Source: a virus
Direction: 5' to 3' (one strand)
Length of the DNA stretch: 64,000 nucleotides
Virus record (IMG/VR): IMGVR_UViG_3300025087_000641
Span: 41,405 to 105,404 of that record
Of this stretch, positions 1-9,709 are shown piece after piece (position 1 is the stretch's first letter; the number at the start of each line of letters is the position of its first letter). The notes beneath the pieces are model-generated. The model saw only the letters and a program-made list of their open reading frames with translations, did no database searches and was not told the origin of the DNA. The position numbers and the translations under genes were made by a program.

Positions 1-129
1 TTGGGAGCAATGCTCGGCACTATTCTAAAGATGCCCATTGAAATGCATGAGGCCATCAGATTCAAGAATTGCGGGTACGCCAATGTCAAGTTCATAAATG
101 GAAAGGCAAGGTTGATAACATTACAATGA
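1..129 (+). CDS. C-terminal fragment of an upstream gene, possibly histidine phosphatase family
   Basis: Open frame from position 1 (LGAMLGTILKMPIEMHEAIRFKNCGYANVKFINGKARLITLQ*). The F-x-NCG-x-x-x-V-x-F ending resembles phosphoglycerate-mutase-like C-termini. Truncated by the window edge. Confidence 0.4.
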   Translation: MGAMLGTILKMPIEMHEAIRFKNCGYANVKFINGKARLITLQ

Positions 130-248
130 AACGAATAAGAATGGTTTTTAGGGAACCATATGATATTGGCACAGTTCTAATAACTGCCACCTTCCTGATA
201 CTGCTAATTATTGCCGTGGTATTTAACAATTGTTGCTATATTCCATAA
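126..248 (+). CDS. Small single-TM protein (40 aa)
   Basis: MKRIRMVFREPYDIGTVLITATFLILLIIAVVFNNCCYIP; ATGA overlap with the upstream stop; below the ORF-track cutoff. Confidence 0.5.
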   Translation: MKRIRMVFREPYDIGTVLITATFLILLIIAVVFNNCCYIP

Positions 249-256
249 TCTAAGAA

Positions 257-1003
257 ATGAAACTCCCAGACCTCTATCTCAATGTAGACACCGTTCACGG
301 TCTTGGTCACAAGATGCGAACATGGGCAATTGCCGAGGAGTATCTGAGACAAGGTGGTGCTGTTCATTGGCAATGGGATAAACTGCCAGATGAGATGAGT
401 GTAACCATCTTTGATGGATACAACTATACCAACCATGACAGAGAGCGGTGGATGTCTGCGGGACATTTAGTGGTGACGCTGGATGACTTTGCGAGGGCAG
501 ATTTTACAACTCACATTCTAATCAACTACAATTATGGTGCTGAGAAATTGCCGTGTTTCAAGATGTCAGGGATGAAGATTCCGGGCATATCAATTTTTCT
601 TCTCGGAACTAAATACTTCCCGCTGAGAGAGGATTATAAAAAACTCACAAGCGTTGATGGGGGACATTCATTTGATACAGACTCGGTTGGCAGGCAAATG
701 CCTCCAGCGCAATTCGCAAAGAATATGGCAGAGGCCTCATATGTGCTATCTTCGGCAGGGGGGACAGTTTATGAAATCATGTATCTGTGCAAACCAATGC
801 TTCTGCGGAAGGCGAACAGTACACAAGGGGTAACATACAACAATGTCATCCGTGATGGGTTGGCACTTCCAGATACACAAGAGAACAGAGAGATGATGAA
901 AAATCCATATCATCGGGATAGATATGTGTCCTATTTGCAAGGGCTAGTTGACGGGAATGGCGCAAGTCGGATTGTGGAGGAAATAAGCCATGTGGTCGGG
1001 TAA
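257..1003 (+). CDS. PseG/SpsG-like nucleotide-sugar hydrolase (GT-B fold)
   Basis: HGLGHKMRTWAIAE, LLGTKYFPLREDY, SSAGGTVYE..KP and LVDGNGASRIVE motifs typical of PseG; shortened. Confidence 0.75.
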   Translation: MKLPDLYLNVDTVHGLGHKMRTWAIAEEYLRQGGAVHWQWDKLPDEMSVTIFDGYNYTNHDRERWMSAGHLVVTLDDFARADFTTHILINYNYGAEKLPCFKMSGMKIPGISIFLLGTKYFPLREDYKKLTSVDGGHSFDTDSVGRQMPPAQFAKNMAEASYVLSSAGGTVYEIMYLCKPMLLRKANSTQGVTYNNVIRDGLALPDTQENREMMKNPYHRDRYVSYLQGLVDGNGASRIVEEISHVVG

Positions 1004-1889
1004 AAAGGTCTTGGTTACTGGTGGTGCTGGTGTAATTGGCAGAGTCCTTGTCCAGAAACTAGAGGAGCGTGGTGCTAAAGTTGTCTCTATTGACCGCGAG
1101 CCTGCTAAATTTGAGAAGGCTACCCATTATACAGATAATGTCTTGGGGCACATGCTCACATGCGAGGAACAGCAAATAGTATTCCATCTGGCGGCATCAT
1201 TCGGCAGGACTGAAATAGAGCCACAATTCTTCAATGAGAATTTCTACAACAATGCTGGATTGACGCATACGCTCCTGTCTTGCGAGCATCATTGGGAGAA
1301 GTTCATATTTGCGTCGTCGTATTTAGTCTATGACCCATTACTCTATCTTTGGGACGACACCCATTTCCTTAAAGAGTCTGATAGAATTGCACCACGAAAC
1401 ATGGTTGGCGCGGCGAAGTATTATACCGAGAACGAGTTAGACTTTGTATGTCAAGATGAGAAGATGTCTGGAGTCTCTGCGCGTATCTTCCGGGTATATG
1501 GCAGAGGGGCAAAAGATATTATCTCAAGAGTCGTTCAGAAAGCATTGAGGGGTGAGACAATTGAGGTGTATGGCGAGAATGCCAGATTTGACTACATCTT
1601 TGCTGACGACGTGGCAGAGGGATTGATAAAACTTGCAGAGGTTGATTTCCCAACAACCGCTGTAAATCTCGGAACTGGCAAGGGAAAGAGTCTGTCGGAA
1701 GTCATTGCAGTTATCCGAGAGCATATACCAAATATGAAAGTTGAACATGCCGAGAAATTTGGACACCCCATAGAGAACAGCAGGGCAGATGTATCTCTTC
1801 TGAGAGAGTTGACGGGATGGACTCCGCCAACGCCACTAGAGGTCGGGATACGAAAGGTAATAGAGTATGAAAGAGAGAAAAGCAGTTGA
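990..1889 (+). CDS. NAD-dependent sugar epimerase/dehydratase
   Basis: VLVTGGAGVIG, FHLAA, FASS, RIFRVYG, DYIFADDVA, NLGTGKG. Confidence 0.9.
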   Translation: MWSGKKVLVTGGAGVIGRVLVQKLEERGAKVVSIDREPAKFEKATHYTDNVLGHMLTCEEQQIVFHLAASFGRTEIEPQFFNENFYNNAGLTHTLLSCEHHWEKFIFASSYLVYDPLLYLWDDTHFLKESDRIAPRNMVGAAKYYTENELDFVCQDEKMSGVSARIFRVYGRGAKDIISRVVQKALRGETIEVYGENARFDYIFADDVAEGLIKLAEVDFPTTAVNLGTGKGKSLSEVIAVIREHIPNMKVEHAEKFGHPIENSRADVSLLRELTGWTPPTPLEVGIRKVIEYEREKSS

Positions 1890-2211
1890 CAAAGTTAATA
1901 TGGGATTTACTTCTAGACTGGCATGGGGATTATTTTCAAGAATAGAGAGTCCGGGATTTGGCGCATGTGAACGATGTGGAATGTCATGGGCTATAGTTAA
2001 TGGACACGCCACTTATGTAGCAGGTGGTTTTGGAATATTCCCGCTATGCTTGGAATGCAAATTGGAATTATCGCCAGAGGAGCGATTGCCATATTATCTT
2101 GCTCTCTATAAACGTTGGCCTACAATGCAATCACATTATTCCATTGATGAACTTACACAAGCGGTTTTGAATGAGGTTGTAGATGAGCGAGAATTGGAAA
2201 GTTGTTCTTGA
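1867..2211 (+). CDS. Hypothetical protein with two CxxC motifs
   Basis: CERC...CLEC; overlaps both neighbours in the operon. Confidence 0.6.
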   Translation: MKERKAVDKVNMGFTSRLAWGLFSRIESPGFGACERCGMSWAIVNGHATYVAGGFGIFPLCLECKLELSPEERLPYYLALYKRWPTMQSHYSIDELTQAVLNEVVDERELESCS

Positions 2212-3106
2212 CCCACTCGGTTATTACCGACTCGACCCGATCCCGCAGGTAGCGGACTATTATCGAAAGGGATACCACGAGGCATCTGGCATGAATCGTG
2301 CGCCTGATATGCGCCGTGCCATTGACGGTGGTGCGGAATACGATAGAGAGAAGTTCTGGCTGTCCTCGACTCTGTGGAATGACATTTTAGAGATTGGGAT
2401 TCTATGCCTCCATCAATGGACAAAGGGGTATCACTTTCTGGATTACGGATGTGGAGTCGGTGATTTGTGCGTATACATGAGAGACTTCGGATGGGAAGTA
2501 GAGGGAGTGGAACCATCTGTGCTCGCATCAGGGATTGCCAAAAAGCACGGGGTGAATATTCACAAAGACCTGTCAACCGTCAAGGGATATGACATCATTT
2601 CTGCTATCAATGTCTTAGAGCATGTCCCCGATCCTCAAAAGACTATTTTAGAACTTAGGTCACATCTCACCGAAGGAGGTGTACTTGTTATTCAGACTCC
2701 GAATGACTTCTCGCCACTCCAGTCTGTTGTCAAAACAAAGGCAATGGGAAAGGATTATTGGGTTGCTTATCCAGACCATATCAACTACTTCAACTTCGAC
2801 TCTCTAACAAAGTTACTTGAGCATTGTGGTATGAGAGTCGTCTATCGGATGGCGACATTTCCTATGGAGTGGTTCGTACTCCTGGGTGACAATTACGTTC
2901 TCAATCGGGAGTTTGGCCCACGATGCCATAACAAGAGAATTGAGTTTGATTTATCCCTGCCAACTGAATACAGGCGCTCGCTCTATACTAAACTGGCAGA
3001 GATAGGATGGGGAAGGTCTTGCATATTGTTTGCAATAGACGCTAGTTACACAATGCCACAGATGAGACACGCTTTTGAGTGGATGAGAACAGAGGTCAAA
3101 GCGTGA
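2183..3106 (+). CDS. Class I SAM-dependent methyltransferase (glycan-cluster type)
   Basis: FLDYGCGVG, GVEPS, NVLEHVPDP, GGVLVIQTPN, HINYF. Confidence 0.88.
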   Translation: MSENWKVVLDPLGYYRLDPIPQVADYYRKGYHEASGMNRAPDMRRAIDGGAEYDREKFWLSSTLWNDILEIGILCLHQWTKGYHFLDYGCGVGDLCVYMRDFGWEVEGVEPSVLASGIAKKHGVNIHKDLSTVKGYDIISAINVLEHVPDPQKTILELRSHLTEGGVLVIQTPNDFSPLQSVVKTKAMGKDYWVAYPDHINYFNFDSLTKLLEHCGMRVVYRMATFPMEWFVLLGDNYVLNREFGPRCHNKRIEFDLSLPTEYRRSLYTKLAEIGWGRSCILFAIDASYTMPQMRHAFEWMRTEVKA

Positions 3107-3672
3107 AGGTCTTGTTTTTGGGCAACCCCAACTCGCCACTTGTGGAGTATCTTATTGGGACTGGTGAGAAAGTCATAGTCACATGGGACAAGATTGACCC
3201 ACAGACCATTGAAACCTATAAGCCAGATTTTCTTGTGAGTTATGGGTATCGCCACATCCTCCGCGAAAATGTGTTGAATATGTTGCCCGACAGGGCAGTG
3301 AATCTACATATCGCATTCCTCCCCTGGAATCGGGGTGCAGACCCGAACTTTTGGAGTTTCGCGGAGCATACGCCAAAGGGTGTTACAATTCATTATCTTG
3401 ACAAGGGTGTTGATACTGGTGACATCATAGCGCAGAGATGTGTTATGCCATTCCCCCATGACACATTCAAGACGAGTTACTATAGACTCCAATATGAAAT
3501 ACAAAAGTTATTCAAAGAGAACTGGGCAGAAATCAGAATTGGGGCATGTAATAGGAGCAAGCAGGGCAGACTTTGCACATTCCACCATTCAAAGGACAAG
3601 AATAGATTGATGCATATGCTGACAGATGGATGGGATACTCCTATATCTGTGTTTGACGGGTATGAAGAATGA
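3103..3672 (+). CDS. Sugar N-formyltransferase (Fmt-like)
   Basis: VSYGYRHIL, NLHIAFLPWNRGADP, GVTIHYLDKGVDTGDII; GTG start overlapping the upstream stop. Confidence 0.88.
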   Translation: MKVLFLGNPNSPLVEYLIGTGEKVIVTWDKIDPQTIETYKPDFLVSYGYRHILRENVLNMLPDRAVNLHIAFLPWNRGADPNFWSFAEHTPKGVTIHYLDKGVDTGDIIAQRCVMPFPHDTFKTSYYRLQYEIQKLFKENWAEIRIGACNRSKQGRLCTFHHSKDKNRLMHMLTDGWDTPISVFDGYEE

Positions 3673-4664
3673 ACGCGCTAAACATTCTTATAACCAGTGC
3701 CTCGCGCAAGGTGTCTCTTGTCAAGTCGTTTCAGCAGGCATTGAAGGAAGAGGGACTCGGCGGATTTGTTGTGGCGGCAGATTCCTCGCCAGACAGCGCC
3801 TCAATGCAGCTCGCGGATATGGGTGCAATTGTCCCGACACTTCCCAACAATGGAACAGATTACGAGTTCTTCAAAAGCATTGCTGAAATATGTATCCAGA
3901 TGGGGATAGGCCTCGTTGTTCCAACTAGGGATGGAGAATTGCCGTTCTTTTCTGAACACAAAGAATTCTTTGCCGAACAGGGTATATTTGTCGCCATACC
4001 AGACTCCGAGTGTGTAAGATTATGCCAAGATAAATTGGCATTCTGTGATTTCTGCGTTTCAAATAACTTCTCTGTGCCGCAGAAGATTGATGACGTAACG
4101 CGATTGCCAGTCTTTGTAAAAGCGCGAAATGGGCATGGTGGCAACTCTGCGGCGAGGGCTGATACACTGCCGGAATTATTTGCACTCAGGCGAAGATATG
4201 GGGAGTCCATAACCCAAGAGAATATCAATGCACCAGAGTACACTATTGATGTGTTCTCAGATTCTAACTCAAAGGTATTGAGTGTTGTGCCTCGCCAGCG
4301 CATCAAGATCATGGGTGGAGAGTCTTGGGTAGGCAGGACAGAGAAGAATGCCGACATCATGCGAGAGAGTCAAAGACTAGCAGAGGCATTGAAACTAAAG
4401 TATCACAGTGTTATCCAGTGCTTCTATGACAATGGGATTGTCAAATTCATTGAGGTCAATCCTCGCTTTGGAGGGGCAAGTAATTGCAGTTTTGTGGCGG
4501 GTGCTAATAGTCCTCGCTGGCTAGTTCAATTGGCAACTGGCAGAGATGTAACAGCGCCCCCAATTGGGGACTTTCTGGACAATTTGACGATGTTAAGGTA
4601 TAGTCAAGATACATTTGTTTATCCAGAGACGAACGATGAAACAAGACCCGAAAGGCCCGTTTGA
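3669..4664 (+). CDS. ATP-grasp ligase (CarB-like short form)
   Basis: ILITSASR, VPTRDGEL, DKL, PVFVKARNGHG, EYTID, IEVNPRFGG. Confidence 0.88.
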   Translation: MNALNILITSASRKVSLVKSFQQALKEEGLGGFVVAADSSPDSASMQLADMGAIVPTLPNNGTDYEFFKSIAEICIQMGIGLVVPTRDGELPFFSEHKEFFAEQGIFVAIPDSECVRLCQDKLAFCDFCVSNNFSVPQKIDDVTRLPVFVKARNGHGGNSAARADTLPELFALRRRYGESITQENINAPEYTIDVFSDSNSKVLSVVPRQRIKIMGGESWVGRTEKNADIMRESQRLAEALKLKYHSVIQCFYDNGIVKFIEVNPRFGGASNCSFVAGANSPRWLVQLATGRDVTAPPIGDFLDNLTMLRYSQDTFVYPETNDETRPERPV

Positions 4665-4770
4665 TAAATTGGAAGACGACATCAGGCTATCAATCATTGC
4701 GTATATCGCCAGACTCATTCTGCTTCTTATAGGTTTTTCAATCTTTGTGAGGTTGTTCCCGCCAAAATGA
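4636..4770 (+). CDS. Small single-TM protein (44 aa)
   Basis: MKQDPKGPFDKLEDDIRLSIIAYIARLILLLIGFSIFVRLFPPK; stop overlaps the gmhA ATG (ATGA). Confidence 0.5.
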   Translation: MKQDPKGPFDKLEDDIRLSIIAYIARLILLLIGFSIFVRLFPPK

Positions 4771-5336
4771 AACGTCAAAATATAATAGAGTCGTCGCTAA
4801 AAGACTCTGCAACAGCGATGCTCTCTCTAATTCCCATAGTTCCATTTTTAGACAAATTTGCACAATCGGTTATAGAGACGTTTGACTCCGGAAACAAGAT
4901 TATCGTCATTGGCAATGGCGGGAGTGCGGCGGACGCGCAACATTTTGCAACAGAGATGGTGGTGAGATATAAAAAAACTGGAATTGCGCTTCCCGCGATT
5001 GCACTGACGACTGATACAAGCATTCTGACAGCGACAGGAAACGACATCAACTTTGACCAGATATTTGCGAGGCAAGTTGAGGCGCTTGGCAGACGAGGCG
5101 ATATGCTGTTAGCGATAAGCACAAGCGGAAACTCGCGTAACATTCTGAGGGCAGTTGAGGTTGCAAAGAATCTGAGTCTGTTCTGTGTGGCATTGACTGG
5201 CAAAACTGGGGGGCGGTTATCGCAACTCTGCCACATGGTAATCAAAGTACCGCAGAATGCCACAAGTCGTATTCAAGAGGCGCATATTGCCATCTTACAT
5301 GCGGTATGCGAGGTGGTAGAAAGCCAGAAAAGATGA
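4767..5336 (+). CDS. gmhA: Phosphoheptose isomerase (SIS domain)
   Basis: GNGGSAADAQHFA, ALTTDTSILTA.GND, FARQVEALG, ISTSGNS, RIQEAHI. Confidence 0.92.
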   Translation: MKRQNIIESSLKDSATAMLSLIPIVPFLDKFAQSVIETFDSGNKIIVIGNGGSAADAQHFATEMVVRYKKTGIALPAIALTTDTSILTATGNDINFDQIFARQVEALGRRGDMLLAISTSGNSRNILRAVEVAKNLSLFCVALTGKTGGRLSQLCHMVIKVPQNATSRIQEAHIAILHAVCEVVESQKR

Positions 5337-5449
5337 GACGGATGCTGATTGAACTCATCATTTGGTTGATATTGGCGATTATCATAATTGTTGGCATTGG
5401 ACTCTTTGGTTGGGACACATGCGGCGGTCTGGTTTGGTGGTGCATATGA
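5333..5449 (+). CDS. Small single-TM protein (38 aa)
   Basis: MRRMLIELIIWLILAIIIIVGIGLFGWDTCGGLVWWCI; ATGA overlaps at both ends. Confidence 0.55.
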   Translation: MRRMLIELIIWLILAIIIIVGIGLFGWDTCGGLVWWCI

Positions 5450-6267
5450 GTCTCGGAATAATGCAGGGACGCCTTGTCCCACCAATAGATGGCAAACTAC
5501 AGGCATTCCCCACAAATGGGTGGAACAAAGAACTAGAGATATGTCGAGGATTGGACGTTGCATATATTGAGTGGATTTATGATGGCGAGGACTTATACTT
5601 TTTGCCAAATCCAATCTCAACATTTGAGGGTGCAAATGCGCTGAGTGGGATACAGTCTCCTCGTATCGCGTCTCTGTGTGCTGATTACTTTGTGAAAGCG
5701 CCACTGCTGAGAGTGCCAGGGAATATTCTAGAACAGAGAATAGCAAAACTCAGATGGCTGGTTTTTCAATGCAGTCTTGCAAATATTCCCACTCTTGTTC
5801 TCCCATTTGTGGACGATAACGCGATTCGCACACACGGCGAAATTGATGATGTCATTTGTATTCTCTATGAACTTTCTGGATTAATTGACGCCTGTAATGT
5901 CAGGATTGCGCTAGAAACAAATCTTGACGAATGTGATATGCAGACTCTTTCGCGTGAATTGGTAGATGTGTTTGTTGGAATAAATTACGACTCTGGAAAT
6001 AGTGCATCGCTTGGTTATGATGTTGAAAAAGAATGGAATATGTATGGACATCGCATTGTCAATGTCCACATCAAAGATAGAGTCCTAAAGGGTAGCAGTG
6101 TGCCACTTGGCGAGGGCAGTACCAATTTTGATACACTGGCAAAGATGCTGTCTAAATTCAATTATCGCGGCAATGTAGTCTTACAGGTGGCGCGGGGAGA
6201 GTCGGGCAAAGAAGTTGAGTGGTATCACAAGAACAGGAACTTCCTGCTTGACAAGGGCATCGGATGA
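5446..6267 (+). CDS. Sugar-phosphate isomerase/epimerase, xylose-isomerase-like TIM barrel (UlaE-like)
   Basis: GIMQGRL, IEWI, ALET, INYDSGN, VHIKDR, VPLGEGSTNF; start moved to MSLGIMQG. Confidence 0.85.
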   Translation: MSLGIMQGRLVPPIDGKLQAFPTNGWNKELEICRGLDVAYIEWIYDGEDLYFLPNPISTFEGANALSGIQSPRIASLCADYFVKAPLLRVPGNILEQRIAKLRWLVFQCSLANIPTLVLPFVDDNAIRTHGEIDDVICILYELSGLIDACNVRIALETNLDECDMQTLSRELVDVFVGINYDSGNSASLGYDVEKEWNMYGHRIVNVHIKDRVLKGSSVPLGEGSTNFDTLAKMLSKFNYRGNVVLQVARGESGKEVEWYHKNRNFLLDKGIG

Positions 6268-6392
6268 ATACATTTGGGGCAGACTTCATCATCGTCTTTG
6301 TAGCATTAGTGCTGGCATGTTCAATCGGCGCATTTGTGAAACTTGTCCATGATGTTGTAAAAGGCAATAATGATTCCGCAAAGTCGTCATAG
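6264..6392 (+). CDS. Small single-TM protein (42 aa)
   Basis: MNTFGADFIIVFVALVLACSIGAFVKLVHDVVKGNNDSAKSS; ATGA overlap with the upstream stop. Confidence 0.5.
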   Translation: MNTFGADFIIVFVALVLACSIGAFVKLVHDVVKGNNDSAKSS

Positions 6393-7452
6393 CATCACCC
6401 GCGAGGACATCAAATTTGTTGGCAAGGCTCTTGCTGGCGACTTTCTGACTCGCGGGCCATTGACACTTGAGTTTGAGGCAAAGATAGCCGAATTGTGTGG
6501 CAAGAAGTATTGTGTCACAATGGCAAATGGGACAGTCGCCCTCCATGCCGCGCTATTGGCCTGCAATGCGAAGCATGTAGTCTCTCCAACTCTGACATTC
6601 TCTGCTATCGCCAACGCTACACACTTCGCTGGTGCTAAACTCTATCTCACAGATGTAGACTCATATAAACTCCATGCCACAACGTACAGCCAACCCCTTC
6701 CCGCGAAAGGGCTTGTTTTCGTTCCGATGGACTACGCTGGTCTGCCTTATAATCTGGACTCTTCTGGATTGGGGGCTGGCTATACTACTGTCATCCGTGA
6801 TGCGTGCCACTCATTTGGGGCAACGATTAATGGAGAGTCGCATGTCAAGCGCGATGATATGGCCGTCTTTAGTTTTCATGCTATAAAGACAATATCATCT
6901 GGAGAGGGGGGATGTGTCGTAACCGATGGCGAAGAATACGCCACAGAACTTCGGAGAATACGGAACAACGGACTAGAGAATCATCAACAGCATCGGTTTG
7001 GATTGAACTACCACATGAGCGAAATTGAGGTAGCACTTGGATTATCGCAGTTGAAACGACTTGACAAGATATTGGAGAGACGAAGAGAACTGGCAAGTAA
7101 GTATATTGAGCATTGGGCAGGACAATACGACAGAATTACTTTGCCCGCCGACGATAATGGTCATGCCTATCATCTATTCGTTATCCGCCTTGCCGACTCT
7201 GTAAAAATAAAACGAGACACATTCCGAAGAGAACTTGCCGATATGGGCATTGGAACACAAGTCAACTATCGCCCCCTCCACAGACAACCCATTGTGGCGT
7301 CAGTAATTGACTCTGCGCTCACTGAGTTTCCGAACGCTGATTGGGCATGGGAACGAATGCTGAGTATCCCACTATACTATGGATTGACAGACAATGAACA
7401 GAAGGTGGTCATGAAAGCCATAGATAGACTGTTGGATAAACATGCCAAATAA
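6370..7452 (+). CDS. DegT/DnrJ PLP-dependent sugar aminotransferase (PseC-like)
   Basis: LTRGP..EFE, NGTVALH, DACHSFGA, FSFHAIKTISSGEGG, GLNYHMSEI, HAYHLFVI, LSIPLY. Confidence 0.92.
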   Translation: MIPQSRHSITREDIKFVGKALAGDFLTRGPLTLEFEAKIAELCGKKYCVTMANGTVALHAALLACNAKHVVSPTLTFSAIANATHFAGAKLYLTDVDSYKLHATTYSQPLPAKGLVFVPMDYAGLPYNLDSSGLGAGYTTVIRDACHSFGATINGESHVKRDDMAVFSFHAIKTISSGEGGCVVTDGEEYATELRRIRNNGLENHQQHRFGLNYHMSEIEVALGLSQLKRLDKILERRRELASKYIEHWAGQYDRITLPADDNGHAYHLFVIRLADSVKIKRDTFRRELADMGIGTQVNYRPLHRQPIVASVIDSALTEFPNADWAWERMLSIPLYYGLTDNEQKVVMKAIDRLLDKHAK

Positions 7453-8242
7453 TCTATTTGACCTCACTGGCAAGGTGGCGATCATAACTGGCGGGGCAGG
7501 ATTGCTTGGGCAACAGCACGCCGAGGCAATTGCGGCATTCGGCGGATGTCCGGTGATTCTGGACATTGATTATGATGCGGCCAGAAACATTATCAAGGAA
7601 ATCGGCGTGGGGTTTGCGTTTGAATGTAATGTGACGCGCCCCCAAGATATTTATGATACGTTGAATGAAACACTTACGCTACGCGGGCATGTGGATATTC
7701 TCATCAACAATCTCTCTTGTAATGCCAATGTTGAATCTTTGGGACAATATTCACGCCTTGAATTCTATCCATATTCACAATGGGCAAAGGACTTGGAACT
7801 CGGATTGGGAAGTGCATTCCTATGTAGTAAAATAATTGGCAGTCACATGGCAGACAAAGGCAAGGGGGTGATTGTCAACATCGCCTCAGACCTCTCCGTG
7901 ATAGCGCCAGATCAGAGGCTCTATCACAAAGAAGGACTTGCTGATGAGGAGCAGCCCAAAAAACCAATTTCTTATTCTGCAATAAAGCATGGTATTATTG
8001 GGTTAACTCGCTACCTTGCGACATATTGGGCGGGTAGAGTTAGGGTAAATGCCATAAGTCCTGGTGGAATATTTAATAATCAGCCAGATGATTTTGTGCG
8101 ACATATTAGCGACAGAATCCCAATGGGGCGCATGGCACGGGCAAATGAAATACAGGGAACATTGGTCTTTCTATGTTCTGATGCGTCATCATATATGACT
8201 GGGCAAAATATTATTGTGGATGGCGGAAGGAGTATTTGGTAA
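7442..8242 (+). CDS. SDR oxidoreductase (PtmA/flagellin-modification-like)
   Basis: TGGAGLLG, DILINN, YSAIK (YxxxK), RVNAISPGG, SSYMTGQNIIVDGG. Confidence 0.9.
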   Translation: MPNNLFDLTGKVAIITGGAGLLGQQHAEAIAAFGGCPVILDIDYDAARNIIKEIGVGFAFECNVTRPQDIYDTLNETLTLRGHVDILINNLSCNANVESLGQYSRLEFYPYSQWAKDLELGLGSAFLCSKIIGSHMADKGKGVIVNIASDLSVIAPDQRLYHKEGLADEEQPKKPISYSAIKHGIIGLTRYLATYWAGRVRVNAISPGGIFNNQPDDFVRHISDRIPMGRMARANEIQGTLVFLCSDASSYMTGQNIIVDGGRSIW

Positions 8243-8742
8243 TGAGGAAAATAGAATTATCAAGAGGATATACTTCTGACATTGATGATGAGGATTATGA
8301 ATGGGTATCCCAATACAAATGGAATGTTTCACTGTGTAACCATACCCAATATGCTTATAGATATTCTTACAAGCCGAATGGGACTGGGGCGAAGAAATAC
8401 ATGCACCGCGAGATAATGGAAAGATATAACGGGGCATTAGGGAGTGGTATGCAGATAGACCATATAAATCACGATGGACTGAACAACAGGAAAACAAATC
8501 TTAGGATATGTACCCAGTCCCAAAACAATTGGAACGGGAGGGGGATTTTGGAGGGAACCTCAAAATACAAGGGAGTATACTTTTACAAAAGTCGCGGGAA
8601 ATGGGTTGCACAAATGTGCCTTTTCGGGAAGCGCATTTTCATTGGTAGATTCGACAGCGAAATTGATGCGGCAAGAGCATATGACAGAGTAGCAAAAGAA
8701 AAGTATGGAGAATTTGCGAAACTGAACTTCCCGGAGGAATAA
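8236..8742 (+). CDS. HNH-AP2 homing endonuclease
   Basis: YMHREIM, IDHINHDGLNNRKTNLR (HNH); SKYKGV...W.A....IGRF..EIDAARAYD (AP2). Confidence 0.92.
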   Translation: MVMRKIELSRGYTSDIDDEDYEWVSQYKWNVSLCNHTQYAYRYSYKPNGTGAKKYMHREIMERYNGALGSGMQIDHINHDGLNNRKTNLRICTQSQNNWNGRGILEGTSKYKGVYFYKSRGKWVAQMCLFGKRIFIGRFDSEIDAARAYDRVAKEKYGEFAKLNFPEE

Positions 8743-9539
8743 TGACGATGGATTTATTGGCTTCTAATTTATTCTCCGTGGCGGGGAAGACAGCCCTTGT
8801 CACTGGGGCAAATGGTTATTTAGGACAAGTGGTGGCAGGAGTCCTTAAACAGAATGGTGCAAGTGTTATTGGGACTTATGCAACAAAAATCCCAACAGAT
8901 GGATTCTGTGATGAGTGGTATCTGATTGATTCAAATTCGCCATATCCAGACTTGGAAGAAAGATTGCGCGAAATTGAATCTAATAACCAAATAGATGTCC
9001 TTATCAACAACGCGCATCCCATGAAACGCGAGGCTGGATTCAATGTTGAGACAGACCAAATAGAACACTATTCACGGGCAGAATGGCAACAGAACATCAA
9101 TGGCGCTATTGGACTCCCGGCACTCACAACATCAATCATTGGGGCGGGGATGAAAGATAGAGGGCATGGTAGTATTATCAACATCAGTAGCATGTACGCC
9201 CTCGTTGCCCCCCATCCAAATTTGTACAAAGATACGCTATACATGAATCCGCCCGGATATGGGGCAAGCAAGGCGGCTCTACTTGAGTTTACTCGCTATG
9301 TGGCGGCATTCTGGGGACAGTATGGAGTGCGGTGTAATGCCCTGTGTCTTGGCCCATTCCCGAAATCAATTACACCAGAGATGCAAGAGTTCATCACGCG
9401 GTTGAACTCGCGCACTTGTCTTAATAGAACTGGCAGGGCAGGGGAGATAGCTGGAGCAATTCTATTTCTGGCGAGTGAGGCATCGTCATACATGACGGGC
9501 CATGCCCTAGTCCTCGATGCTGGATGGTGTGCCACATGA
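8742..9539 (+). CDS. SDR oxidoreductase (second paralogue)
   Basis: TGANGYLG, DVLINNA, YGASK, SSYMTGHALVLDAGW. Confidence 0.9.
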   Translation: MTMDLLASNLFSVAGKTALVTGANGYLGQVVAGVLKQNGASVIGTYATKIPTDGFCDEWYLIDSNSPYPDLEERLREIESNNQIDVLINNAHPMKREAGFNVETDQIEHYSRAEWQQNINGAIGLPALTTSIIGAGMKDRGHGSIINISSMYALVAPHPNLYKDTLYMNPPGYGASKAALLEFTRYVAAFWGQYGVRCNALCLGPFPKSITPEMQEFITRLNSRTCLNRTGRAGEIAGAILFLASEASSYMTGHALVLDAGWCAT

Positions 9540-9709
9540 CTTTTCCGAAGTCCCCCAATGTGCCATTTGTCCAATCGGTTATCTTTGTCATGTCTCATGT
9601 TGGCTATCCATATTGGGATGATGTGGTTTTGAATCCAACCAGTGCTAAGGCGCTTGGTCTAAAACTTATTGAATACGCAGGCGAATGGATAGAGGAAAAG
9701 CGTGACTAA
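9536..9709 (+). CDS. Small hypothetical protein
   Basis: ATGA-coupled to the SDR stop; fills the gap to the TylF gene. Confidence 0.5.
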   Translation: MTFPKSPNVPFVQSVIFVMSHVGYPYWDDVVLNPTSAKALGLKLIEYAGEWIEEKRD

